From the NCBI RefSeq assembly GCF_006345805.1, contig NC_043008.1:57350001-57414000 (forward strand): 64,000 nt of DNA. The letters are read 5' to 3'. The number at the start of each line of letters is the position of its first letter. Within the stretch, counting starts at the first letter, position 1. Of the stretch, positions 14,086-25,457 are shown one piece after another. Under the pieces are notes generated by a model. That model was not told the origin of the DNA. It saw nothing but the letters and a program-made list of their open reading frames with translations, and made no database searches. A program made the position numbers and the translations under genes. The DNA comes from Octopus sinensis (taxonomy: Eukaryota).

Positions 14086-14811
14086 ATTAAAATAAAAAAA
14101 ATATATAGACGCCGTATCATAATTAATTACCAAAGGGTATTTCTGACCAGCTCCACTTGAGGAAGGGAGATAATCTCAAAATACAAAATTTCTCTGATGC
14201 TGACATGCCATTAAGGAAAGAGGACAGTCGTGGATTCGTGTTTCTACCTTAGTAGCCGTCATCAGTACGCCAATCGGCCAACTTTATCTCTGGTGGTCGA
14301 AGGACTTAGATTCAAGCAAAACAGAACAGAAAACCGTATTGGTACATAGCGATATAAAGTGAACTATTTAAGAAAATATCTTGAGCACTGGATAAAGCAA
14401 GTACCATTTGTATATGGATGGGTTTAGTCAAACAATTTGGCCCCAGTACTTATTTTTAAGGCTAGTACTTGTTCTATCGGACGCTTTTGCTGAACTCCAA
14501 ACGCACATGTACACAATACATAGACATCGGAGATGCTTTGCTCCATGTATAAACTGCAGGAGCTACTCTGGGGTTTGCAAGCTCTTCTGTAATGGTAACC
14601 TTTCTGTATCGTCAGCAGGTGTGTCAGGGACACAAGCATTTCACCCCTTAACCTGTACACTTTGCTTGAAGGGGTGGGGGCAGCGAGGACTGAGTTAGCA
14701 TTCACCTATGGGAAGGGTTCCACTTGTCTCTTATCAACAATAGCCACCTTGAGCTGTTTTCAGCTATTGTACCTATCTCAATGGCTTTCTTCACTTGTTT
14801 AGGTTTTAGAT

Positions 14812-15373
14812 CAGTGGTTCTCAACAGGGGTCCATTTGTCCATGAAGATCCCTTATTTCTTTATTGCCCACATGGGGCTAAACAAGGACAGACAAAGGGA
14901 TTAAGTCAATTACATTGACCCCAGTGCGTAACTGGTACTTAATTTATCGACCCCGAAAAGATGAAAGACAAAGTCGACCTCGGCGGAATTTGAACTCAGA
15001 AAGTAATGGCAGACGAAATACCACAAAGCATTTCGCCCGGCGTGCTAACATTTCTGCCAGCTCGCCGCCTTATGAAGGTCCCTATAACACTCTTGGGGAT
15101 CCACACAACAAAATAGTAAACTGGAAATCTACAATAATATTCCAAGGGTCCCTGAAAAATTTTAGTTTTAGATATATGTATTGGTATATTTTTCAAGAAA
15201 CAGATTCCTTTCTCTATGCCTTACATTGTTCAACCATGTGTGAGAAACAAAATAGGAATTTTGAAAAAAGTTTCTGTAAAACTAGTTTTTAGGCATTAAA
15301 TGGCTGTGGGAGTCCACCAGAATAAAATAGTAATCAATAGGGTCCATAGATAAAAAAGGGTTGAGAATCCCTG
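14812..15373. mobile_element. hAT-type MITE containing a SINE B insertion
   Basis: TIRs cagtggttctcaac / gttgagaatccctg; 8-bp TSD ttttagat (14804-14811) / ttctagat (15374-15381). Confidence 0.82.
14854..15071 (-). mobile_element. SINE family B, near full length
   Basis: Head ggcggcgagctggcagaaa on minus; 12-bp TSD atgaagatccct (14842-14853) / atgaaggtccct (15072-15083). Confidence 0.92.
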
Positions 15374-15469
15374 TTCTAGATCAATCTTCTGCAGGAAGTA
15401 GTGTATTGATCTAGCGGGAAAGCCACAGCAGTTGACTTCATTATGCAGTTCTATATTTATGCCATATTT

Positions 15470-15712
15470 ATATGGCATAGTGGTTAAGAGCGCGGGCTAC
15501 TAACCCCAAGATTCCAAGTTTGATTCCAAGCAGTGACCTGAAAAATAACAATAATAATAATAACATTGAAAAATACCTTAGGAATGAGAACCCAGGTTTG
15601 AAATTTTCCCAAGACACCTGAAGAAGACTGGAGAGTATAACAGCCGAAACGCTGTGTTAACAACAAACAAGATGAGAACAAATAACTGTCGAATGTAAAT
15701 AATGTAAATAGT
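15470..15712 (+). mobile_element. tRNA-headed SINE-like element carrying a hammerhead motif
   Basis: A box tggcatagtgg, anticodon-arm-like gggCTACTAAccc, B box agtttgattcc, (AAT)n linker, hammerhead-like core at 15613-15658, tandem aatgtaaat tail. Confidence 0.72.
15613..15658 (+). ncRNA. Type I hammerhead ribozyme variant, probably inactivated in this copy
   Basis: Stem I GACAC/GTGTT; core CTGAAGA+A; stem II GACTG/CAGCC (one mismatch); GAAAC; cleavage triplet GCT instead of NUH. Confidence 0.65.
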
Positions 15713-16930
15713 GACTTCATTATGGTATGAAACTGCATGCCATCCCTTGACGAATGGCTTGTCAATCAACTTCTGATAATTGGTTTTCTTTAGCAGGTGA
15801 GAAATATCGAGTCTAGCCTTCCAGGGTACTGTAAGTTCATTGAACTCTAGAAAAATACAGGTGGGAAGTATCCAAGGATTGCATAGCCAAAAGCAGCTGA
15901 ACAAACCAAATACTATGAACTAGTAACAACATTTTAAAAGAGCCAGAAAGTTACCAGAAATGTAACAGTTTGTAGGGAAATGCAATGGTTGGCAAGTTGG
16001 AGTTGTTAAATGCAACAGTTGATAGAATGTATGGTAAATGTCAGATCACCAAGAACGTAATGGATAAGTTGGTTGTTTCCGAAGTCCATAGAATAAATGA
16101 CTGAAAAAATAATAGCTGAAATGGTGTTTATTTTATAGTTACAGTATCAAAACAGCTGCTTTGAGTTGTTGAATGAGGATTAGTTGAAGTTTTGTTGTCC
16201 ATGTCATAGCTATGTTCATCTATAGGTGACTGCTCAGAGACTTAATGAAAGAAGGAGAGTGAAAGAGTAAGAGAATTTACCTCTCTGGATTGACAAGTAG
16301 AGAGGGTGAGAATTGTATAGTGCTTTATTGATATGTCATGAATGAAGAGAGAGAACGAGATGCTCCTCTGGCAAATGCTGGATACAAAGAGTAAGAATTG
16401 TATTTGGCTTCTATATTTATAATATTTTCCTAGCTAAATTAAATCAGGCTAAACAAAGGATTTTTCATCTGTTACATGATCTGAACTGTTGGTGACCCAA
16501 GGTGGTCAGTTAGAGAAGAAAACTTATCTAAGTATAGCAATTGACACCTGAAAAATTTTTGGCGTGAATATCAAGAACAATGGAAAGGAGTTTACAAAAA
16601 AATCGAGACTAAGGTTTCAATTCCTGGCTTTGGAAATGATTCAGGTCAAACTAAAAACCATAGAGCTCAGAGCAACAAAATACCAAAATGGTATTTATAA
16701 TTAATAGAAAGCTACAAGCCATTGCTGATACCAAATACAGTCTAGGAATCGAAACAGTAGCTTAGCTAAAGGGGACAGCACATTTAGGTCTGCTGTATAA
16801 GCCTGCCATAGGCTTGAGGACCTGGAAGAGCAGAAAACTGAAATGCCCCTGGTGGCACACACTCTAGCTATGCCACTGAATAGAGATGTTCCACATTAGA
16901 AAGGACACAAAGATGAAGCAAAGAGAAATA

Positions 16931-17145
16931 TGAAGGGATGCTGAAAAGTTCTTGGCTTTAAGGGTGTCGCAAAAGGCTTGGTTAGAGGCTCAACCTTCCA
17001 AATTCTTCTACAGCGCTTAGAAAAACTGAAGGACCGCCTCAATAAGTGTGTGAATCTGAGAGGAGAAATGTTTAATAAAATCATAATTAACTGATCTTCC
17101 AGTATTTTCTTTTACCGAAAGCCAGGGACTTTTCAACACCCCTCA
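16931..17145 (+). mobile_element. mariner-derived MITE
   Basis: TA-flanked TIRs tgaagggatgctgaaaagttcttggcttt / aaagccagggacttttcaacacccctca; internal EKLKDRLNKCVNLRGE resembles the mariner transposase C-terminus. Confidence 0.8.
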
Positions 17146-17825
17146 TACATACATGTACAGCTTCATAGAGAGCAATTGTTAAAAAAATGGATTACTGTCA
17201 GGGGTAAAGAAAAAAGATTGAAAGTCACTTATGACAAAATCAAAGCCACGATCTGTGATACCATGAGAAGAGAGAGAGAGGAGATTAGAAAAGTTTAGTA
17301 TAGAAGTTCCCCAGTAAAAGATGGTGTCTCACACAGCATGAGTCTGAAACACTGGGCCATGGACCAGTACTGGGACGTAGATTATTTGGTACCAAACCAC
17401 ACAGAAAGAATGAATTTTAAAAGTTTATTTCTGTTTTATTGATTATTGCAGTCTGCAGTGTGTTCTTGCATTATATACGTATTATATTTTGTAATAATTA
17501 AATTATATATTATGCACTTTCTGTTTTGTTATTCATATGCTTCCTCGCTCCTTGGGAGAATTGTCTTGCAGGAAACCCATCTATGATACAAAGAAGGTTG
17601 GGGACTGCAGCTATAAAGTATTGATCAGCAGTGTTCTGGGATCAGTTACAAAGTGTTTGTGATATTGAAAGGGGGTTGATCAAAAACATTGATTGTGGGT
17701 AAGTGGTGTGGGGCCAACAAATTAAACTTCTCAAGAGAAGAGAATTCAGTAAACTTAATATAGTTTCATTGATCTCTCTATTGAACGAATGGTAAGATCT
17801 TCTTTGGTAAGATAACAAAACAATC

Positions 17826-18153
17826 AACCCCAGGACTTATCCTTTGTAAGCCTAGTACTTATTCTATTGGTATCTTTTGCCAAACTGCTAAGTTACGGGG
17901 ACGTAAACACACCAACATCGATTGTCAAGTGATGATGGGGGGACAAACTCAGACACACAAATACATACATACATACATATATGTATATATATAATGATGG
18001 GCTTCTTTCAGTTTCCATCTACTAAATCCACTTACAAGGCTTTAGTCAGCCCGAGTTTATAGTAGAAGACACTTGCCAAGGTGCCATGCAGTGGGACTGA
18101 ACCCGGAACCATGTGATTGGGAAGCAAGCTTCTTATCACACAGCCACTCCTGC
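17826..18153 (-). mobile_element. SINE family A
   Basis: Reverse complement of the family A body and head. Confidence 0.88.
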
Positions 18154-19495
18154 ACCTGATTCTTTACATTCTCTGATCTAATTTCTCAAAAATCAACAAC
18201 TCTGCCTGCTATCCCTCTTGCGTCACTAAAATAAATTTCAATGTTATAGCCTAACCTATTTCTTTCAGAATTTTTTGCCTTGTGACTATGTTAGAAAAAA
18301 ATTATGTAAAGACAATAAAATACCATTTTAGTTTGAATTCCATCAACACAAGTTTTAGAAGTTTTTCCCGATTTGTCATTAAATGACAATAATTCTACAA
18401 CTTTTACATTTGTTTGAAAGAAAAGGATTGTCCCATTGTTTTCGTAGGGACCTCCAAGATCAGTGTTCTTCAACAGTTACGACAAGTCATCGACTGCAGA
18501 GAAAAAAAATGGTAAAGAGAAGAATTTTCAGTGGATGGGGCCCTTCAGGAGAGGAAGAAGGAAGAACTGGCTTAGTAGTTTAGTGTTGAATGGAATTAGG
18601 GAGCGGACATAATGTGAGTGACCAGTAGAGAGGAAGGAGACGGGGAGGGGTGTGAGGAGGGGAGGGATTTGGAGGATGAAGGAAGGGCATGTGAGAAGGA
18701 GGGGGAGGGAAGAAGAGTGAGAGCATGTGTGGGGGTGGAAGGGAGGAGAGATAATGCGAAGAGGAAGGTGAATGTGAGGAGGAAGGAGAGAAAGGAAGGG
18801 AGGGGAGGAGGAGGGGGAGGAGCCATTAAAAGTGCACAAAACAAACAACGTAGGCTTTTTCTGTTTTTATAACTGAGTTTTCTTGTCCCCTATTAAATAA
18901 AATACCTTCACAATTGGTTGCTTAGTTTTGCACCAAAATTCTTATTAGCACTGATGTTTGTCACCAGGCATTGGTACTTTAGGGACCCATCAGATCTTGA
19001 GATCAATCAGAAACCACATTCTTAATTTTTTATTTTTTATTTTTTTTAAATTTTATCTAGTTTCAGCTCATGAGCTGTGGCCATGCTGGGGCACCACCAT
19101 TTTAATGTTAATAATACCTAGTATTTGTGTAGAAATTACGCCAGTTGTTTTCTAATTGACAAATATACCAGATTCCATCGCTAAGATATTAAGGAAATTT
19201 TTTTGCCACCTATCCCTCTCTTTGTGAGACTTCTCATTTAGGTACAACACCAGTAATTGTGAAAGAATACTTTTTTTTCTGTTTTATTTTTACCAACACC
19301 AGAAAAGTGTAAAAGTAAAGTTGACCTCAGCAGGATTTGAACTCAGAATGTAAAGAGCTAGAAGACATACCTTTTGTGATCTCTTCGGCCACCTGGTCGC
19401 CTTAGGTCCTGAGGAGACAAAAATTCAGTTTGCATCTATATCAATGGCCTTTCTTTGCAGCATTGTTAAACAACTTTAAAAAGTTTAAAACAGCT

Positions 19496-19497
<2 letters not shown>

Positions 19498-19554
<57 letters not shown>

Positions 19555-19555
19555 T
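19498..19555. repeat. (CAT)n microsatellite, likely an RTE-type tail on minus
   Basis: Followed by ttaatgtccacttttc, the reverse complement of the RTE-type tail end. Confidence 0.85.
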
Positions 19556-19844
19556 TAATGTCCACTTTTCAATGCTTGCATGTATGTGTATGTGCATGTG
19601 TGTGTATACATACACACACACAATATCATACACCTATGGAGCCATTGCCATACTTTTCATACCCCAGACACCAGCCCTTTTGATAAGTATCAGGACTGGG
19701 TTGTCCCCTAACTAAATGAAGGGCCAAGTATTGTGATTAGTGTGGGATCTAGAGTAACAAGAGGAAGAGAAAGGAATGGGTGGGAAATGTCTAAGTGGGG
19801 GTGAGAGTAAAGGTAAAGGCAAAGCTACCTTTTTGAGTCCTACC

Positions 19845-20070
19845 AACTCATAAGGGCCAGTTTCCTGGTTTCATGGTGTATATATTTCCCACCTGGATGG
19901 GATGCTAGTCCATTGTAGGATTACACATTTTTGCCAGCTGATTGAACTTGTGCAACATGAAATGAAGTGTTTTGCTCAAGAACACAACACGTCACCTGGT
20001 CCAGGAATCGAAACCACAATCTTATGATCATGAGTTCAACACCCTAACCACTAAGCTATGTGCCTCCACT
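19845..20070 (-). mobile_element. tRNA-derived SINE with V-domain-like central region
   Basis: Minus head tagcttagtggttagggtg...gtttcgattcctgg, then gtgttcttgagcaaaacactt and atggactagcatcccatccagg. Related partial copy near 60940-61020. Confidence 0.7.
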
Positions 20071-20237
20071 AAACCAAGTAAATGGATTGAGTCTACCCAG
20101 AGGCTACAAGAGAAATTTGGCTAGCAGAACAAGACTATGTTCAGAGCCCTGAGAAAAGGGTTCTGCTCCAAATTCAAGGGAGCTATGAGGTTTAGTTAAT
20201 GGAATAAGCCCAGTGTATTGTTGCAGACTCTTCCCGT

Positions 20238-20405
20238 GGCTCTCCAGAATCCTCCCAGGCTCTATAGATCCTCCATAGCTATCCAGACCCCTCCATAGCT
20301 CTCCAGCCCATAGCTCTCAAAACCTCTTCATAGCTCTCCAGGTCCCTCCTTAGCTCTCTGGAGCTTTCATGGCTTTCCAGACCCCTTCCTGTACTCTCTA
20401 GACCC
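20238..20405. repeat. Degenerate ~20-bp minisatellite (ctccatagctctccagacc)
   Basis: About 8 imperfect tandem units. Confidence 0.8.
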
Positions 20406-21206
20406 CAAGCTGATGTACCGGCTGAACCTCTCTCTTAGAAGCGCTGAATTTACCACTCAAGAACATATTTAAATTTTTTTTTAATTAAAAAAAAAAGAAC
20501 AAATATCACAAATTTGTTCATTAGCAGAATACTAATCTGTAATCTATTAATCTGTATACTGTTAATCCTCTACTCTGGACTGGTATACATTTTACTGACC
20601 CAAAGTGAGGTGAGTTGAACAAAACAAATACCACCAGGTATTTTATCTTCTTACATTCTAATGATCTTTCCAATTTACCGTACATACTTGAAGATACGAT
20701 TTACGGGTTGGGTCTGTTTCAATCAAAATATTTATGAGAGACTCGGTTCGTTATTTTACACCTAAACCAAAAGCAAAAGCAAAACCAAAAAATTCAGAAA
20801 CAGATTAGCTATGAAAGCTGATATGAAGATTCAACTTTCAAATACTGCCTCACGTATTAATAGAATTTGCAATCTTCACCCACTGCCAGGAAATATATAT
20901 ATATAAAAGAAAAAGAAGAAACAGAATATGCTAAAGAGATATGCTAAGACTAATACCGCATTTAAAGCAGAATCCTTTGTACGCTGTGCAATGTTTTTAA
21001 AGAAATTGCAAAGCATACAAGATTAAGAAGTAAATTTAATAATGTTAACTTTTATTTTTCAAGTTCTTTTTTTTTTTATATAAAATAAATCTGTAAAGTA
21101 AATCATTCAGGCAGTTTGGCTCCTCTTGTCTGTAATATCTCCATTTCTTGATATTTATATATATATATATAAACGTATATGCTAGCATGGAGAACAGACG
21201 TTAAAC

Positions 21207-21240
<34 letters not shown>

Positions 21241-21333
21241 TATATATATATAACGTGTATGTATATATATATATATATATACTATATATATATATTATAT
21301 ATACGCGAGAAAGAAGCAACAAGAATGGATAGT

Positions 21334-21421
21334 TTTTAGTACGATCGTTTCATACAAGGACAGGTTTTATAAAAGTTGCAAAATACAGCATATAAACGAG
21401 TCCCGTACTCATCAGCTAAAA
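21334..21421 (-). ncRNA. Type I hammerhead ribozyme, canonical core (minus-strand twin)
   Basis: Minus strand reads TTTTAG-CTGATGA-GTACGGGAC...GTCCTTGTAT-GAAACGATCGTA-CTAAAA. Confidence 0.8.
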
Positions 21422-21628
21422 TACATGTAAGTTCTCTAGACATCCTAGTGTTGAGGCTATACTTGAAGTAATGTAGATAATTAAACAGATTTCTAAAGTT
21501 CATTAAAGTTCTTTAAAGTTCTGTACATCATCTTTAAAGAACTTAATGAACTAGAAATCTGTTTAATTATCTACATTACTTCATGAGTATAGCCTCAAAC
21601 ACTAGGATGTCTAGAGAACTTACATGTA

Positions 21629-21719
21629 TTTTAGCTGATGAGTACGGGACTCGTTTATATGCTGTAATCTTTGCAACTTTTAATAAAACCTGTCCTTGTA
21701 TGAAACGATCGTACTAAAA
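21629..21719 (+). ncRNA. Type I hammerhead ribozyme, canonical core
   Basis: Stem I TTTTAG/CTAAAA (6 bp); CTGATGA 21635-21641; stem II GTACGGGAC pairing with GTCCT(T)GTAT; GAAA 21702-21705; palindromic stem III ACGATCGT; GUA cleavage triplet 21711-21713. Confidence 0.82.
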
Positions 21720-22113
21720 ACCTATCCATTCTTGTTGCTTCTTTCTCGCTTATAATCACCCCACATTACTGTATTGTTAAATCAGTATAGTTTTTTTTGG
21801 TGCATCTAAGTTAGGTACCATATTCAAGTAAATTTTTTAAATAATTGAATCTTTATTGCTCTTTGTATATATATATATTAATATATATATATATATATAA
21901 ACGTATATATATATATCATATATATATATATACATGTATATAATGTGTGTGTACATTATATATATATATATACACACACATGTATATAATGTGTGTATAC
22001 ATATATATATGTGTATATATATATACATACATACACCCACCCACACACATACACCCACACACACAAACACACAACACATACTTGCATATATATGTGTGTC
22101 TACATATCTATAT

Positions 22114-22355
22114 GTGGAGGTGCAATGGCCCAGTGGTTAGGGCAGCGGACTCGTGGTCGGAGGATCGCGGTTTCGATTCCAGACCTAAAAGCTCCACGAG
22201 GCTCCGGCAGGCGTCAACTTTCATTCTTTCTTCCTGTTTCTTCAGTAACGCTGCGACGGACTGGCATCCTGTCCAGCTGGGGGGAACACATAGAAACCGG
22301 GAGACCAGGCCCGTGAGCCTGGCTAGGCTTGAAATGGGCGAATGAATAAAAAAAA
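22114..22355 (+). mobile_element. SINE family C (tRNA-Arg-like head, V-like domain)
   Basis: Head as at 13875; ctgcgacggactggcatcctgtccag; A-rich end. Confidence 0.85.
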
Positions 22356-22841
22356 AAGCATATCTATATAAGTGCATATATGTATGTGTATGTAGGTGTA
22401 GTATGGCCAAATGGTTAAGAAGTTTGCTTCACAACCACAAAGTCCTGGATTCAATACCACTGCTTGGCATCCATGGCAGATGTTAGCATGTTGGATAGAG
22501 TGCCTCAAAGTATTAGTTCTGACTCACTGCACTCTGAGTTCAAATCCTACCAAGATTAAATTTGCCTCTCATATTTTCAAATTGATAAACAGAGTACCAG
22601 TCCAGGTTGACAGATTTTCAGAATTGTTAGGGCATTGGACAGGGCATTTTGCAGTGTCTGGTGCATTTCTGTGCATCTTGAGTTCAAATTCCATTTTATC
22701 AGGAATTGCATCCAACAAACGGTATCAGTAATTTGAAAAACAACTAGAAGCATATTTTTTTTGTTAAATTATTAGAAGCAAGTAAAACAATGAGAAAAAT
22801 CTTCCCTTTTTTAAAAGTGATGGAATAGGATTTGAAGGAAG

Positions 22842-25457
22842 CATGACCTGATTTTTCCTTCGATGTCACTTTATCCAACATCACTTCATCCATGTCTTTT
22901 GGTCCAGCAACTTTTTGTCTAATGATTTTTTTTTTGTCCAACGCTTTTTTGTCCAATTTTAAATAAACTCTTTAGAAAACAAGGTGAACGTGAAAATCAA
23001 AAATGAGAATTTTATTGATAGGATTCAAATAAAATATTGTGGAAAAATGTAGTTTTAAAAAATGTCATTTTAAAAACTTATTAAGATATAACTAATGATT
23101 TATTACAATGACTTAAAATTGATGCAAATTATATGCCACACTCTTCAAAAAAATCAATTTTTCTTGTTGACCCATATTCAGTGACCAATATTTTGAGGTA
23201 TTCAGTTATTCTTCAATATCGTCACATGAATTTGACAGATATCCTCGAAGAATTTGTATCATTTTACCTTGAACAAACCCTTCCTCTTCCTTCAGAGTTT
23301 TGATTAATTTCCAAATATTCAAATGTGCTCCACCCACCGAACACTTTATCACAGAAGGAAACCCCTCTGCAGCATTATTTGGTTTTGGGAAAATCTTGAA
23401 GAATACACTGATTAACATTTCATACAGCTATTGAAAAAGTAGGTGGTTCTCTCCTTCATCTAGCACCACATCCTCTCACAACACCTATGTAAGTCAAGGT
23501 AGAGTAAGCAATGAATTCAGCAGGTAGTTCTTCATTGTCTATTAATTCTTCATAGGTCTGAGCGACATCTTCAACAGGTAGAAAGGCTAATGCTGAAAAA
23601 CCGGAAAAATCGAATTTTAAGACAGAATTCAGGGTCTTTAATGTATTTTTCTTTGAGGCCTAAATCTGTTACTTTTCAAAATACTGATTGGCACAAATGA
23701 AACAAACATGTCACGATAGGTGAATTAGGGAATGTTGAATTAAATGCCTTGTGAACTGCAACTTCGAAATCTGCCATGGGATCAAGTGGATATGCATTAG
23801 GTGGCATAATTTTCAATTGCTCGAAAAGTAATTTGTAAGTCTGCTTTGTTTTATTTGGCAGTAATGCAAAGACTCTTGGAAAATTGTTACCTATTTCTTT
23901 ACTACCCACAAGGGACTAAACAGAGAGGAGACAAACAAGGACAGACAAACGGATTAGGTCGATTATATCGACCTCAGTACGTAACTGGTACTTATTTAAT
24001 TGACCCCGAAAGGATGAAAGGCAAAGTTAATCTTGGCAGAATTTGAACTCAGAATGCAGCAGCAGACGAAATACCGCTAAGCATTTCGCCCGGTGTGCTA
24101 ACGTTTCTTATTTCTTCATTGCCCACAAGGGGCTAAACATAGAGGGGACAAACAAGGACAGACAAATGGATTAAGTCGATTATATCGACCCCAGTGTGTA
24201 ACTGGTCCTTAATGCATCGACCCCAAAAGGATGAAAGGCAAAGTCAACCTCGGCAGAATTTGAACTCAGAAAGCAGCAGCAGACGAAATACTGCTAAGCA
24301 TTTCGCCCGGCGTGCTAATGTTTCTGCCAGCTCGCCGCCTTTGGAAAACTGTTACCTTTAACTTGTGCATGAATGCTTAACAATTGAAACCACTGTTCTG
24401 GCACAATTTTGAATGTTCTGCCACATACCCAATGACAATGTGAAGCTATATCCTGAAGAGCACTTTCTGATGCAAATACTAGTATGTGCTGTTCATCCTC
24501 AATACCCGAATTGCATCTCAGAAACTGCTTGCCATTATCAAGTTTACAATATTCTTCAAGTATTTCAAAACGAGTTCTAGCCTCTGGCATTTTTTTTTTT
24601 TTGTCAGTACCTTTGAACAGTCCTAGAAAGTACAGGCAAATGAGGAAATTGAGAGCAAGTATTTTCTGTTAGCTGCATAAACTTACAGGAACTTGTTACT
24701 ATGTTTTCCGCCACTTCATGCTTTATTTCTGCAACTGCTTTTCTAGCAGTTAACGAATCTGCATCAGCTGGATGAAGGTGCAGCTCACTAGAAAAATAAA
24801 TAATTTTCAGCTCATTGTTTTCTATTACGGTGTGAATTCACACTGAACATAGCCTTCTTTTCTTACTTTTCCAGTATTCCTTTCCTAGTTTTGCATTGCT
24901 TGAATGAAAATCATCATCTTCGTTTAACGTCTGCCTTCCATGCCAGCATGGGTTGGATGATTTGACTGAGGGCTAGCGAACCAGATGGCTGCACCAGGCA
25001 CCAATCTTGATCTGGCACAGTTTCTACAGCTGGATGCCCTTCCTATTGCCAGGATGCCCTTCCTAACGTAGATGTAATTACTTTCATCAACTACTTTTCT
25101 TTTCAATACCATGAACTTTGTCATTTCGGGATGAGTAAATTAAAAATGCATACACTAAATTTGCAGCACTCTCTATACACAGCACCATACTTAAGAGAAA
25201 GAAGGAAAAAGAGAAAGTAAAACTGTTAACAGAGAAAGAAAACAAACAATAACAAACCTATAACATGACTCTGACTCGTTATAGTTCTGTGAATATATCA
25301 TTAGAGATATTTCACCCTGTTTTCTAAAGAGTTTAATTAAAATTGGACAGAAAGTTGTTGGACAAAAAAAATCACCGGACAAAAAGACATCAGACCAAAA
25401 GACATGGAAGAAAAGACTTTTTTGATGACGTGACATCAGATGAAAAGACATAGCACC
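22842..25457 (-). mobile_element. Decayed Mutator-like (MULE) DNA transposon with TIRs and transposase pseudogene
   Basis: ~120-bp TIRs with ggacaaaaa subrepeats (22842-22970 / 25330-25457); candidate TSD gaaggaag/gaaggaaa. Minus-strand fragments GRTFKIVPEQWFQLLSIHA, FPRVFALLPNKTKQTYKLLF, ADFEVAV, CLFHLCQS and NNAAEGF, with stops and insertions. Confidence 0.9.
23893..24340 (-). mobile_element. SINE family B head-to-tail dimer inserted in the MULE transposase
   Basis: 17-bp TSD ttggaaaattgttacct (23876-23892) / ttggaaaactgttacct (24341-24357). Confidence 0.92.

Larger units (their letters stand above)
21305..21749. mobile_element. ~445-bp foldback element (inverted pair of hammerhead-bearing repeats, Penelope pLTR-like)
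   Basis: Arms of about 215 bp that differ only by small indels, 13-nt central loop at 21519-21531, and a hammerhead in each arm. Confidence 0.85.

Noticed and set aside
14232-14270. Minus-strand CTGATGA-cggctactaaggta-GAAAC hammerhead-like string
   Set aside because: Stem II is incomplete, there is no NUH and no stem I pairing; at most a heavily decayed relic.
15797-15830. Plus-strand micro-exon candidate (VRNIESSLPGY)
   Set aside because: Splice-like sites only; no gene context or recognisable homology.
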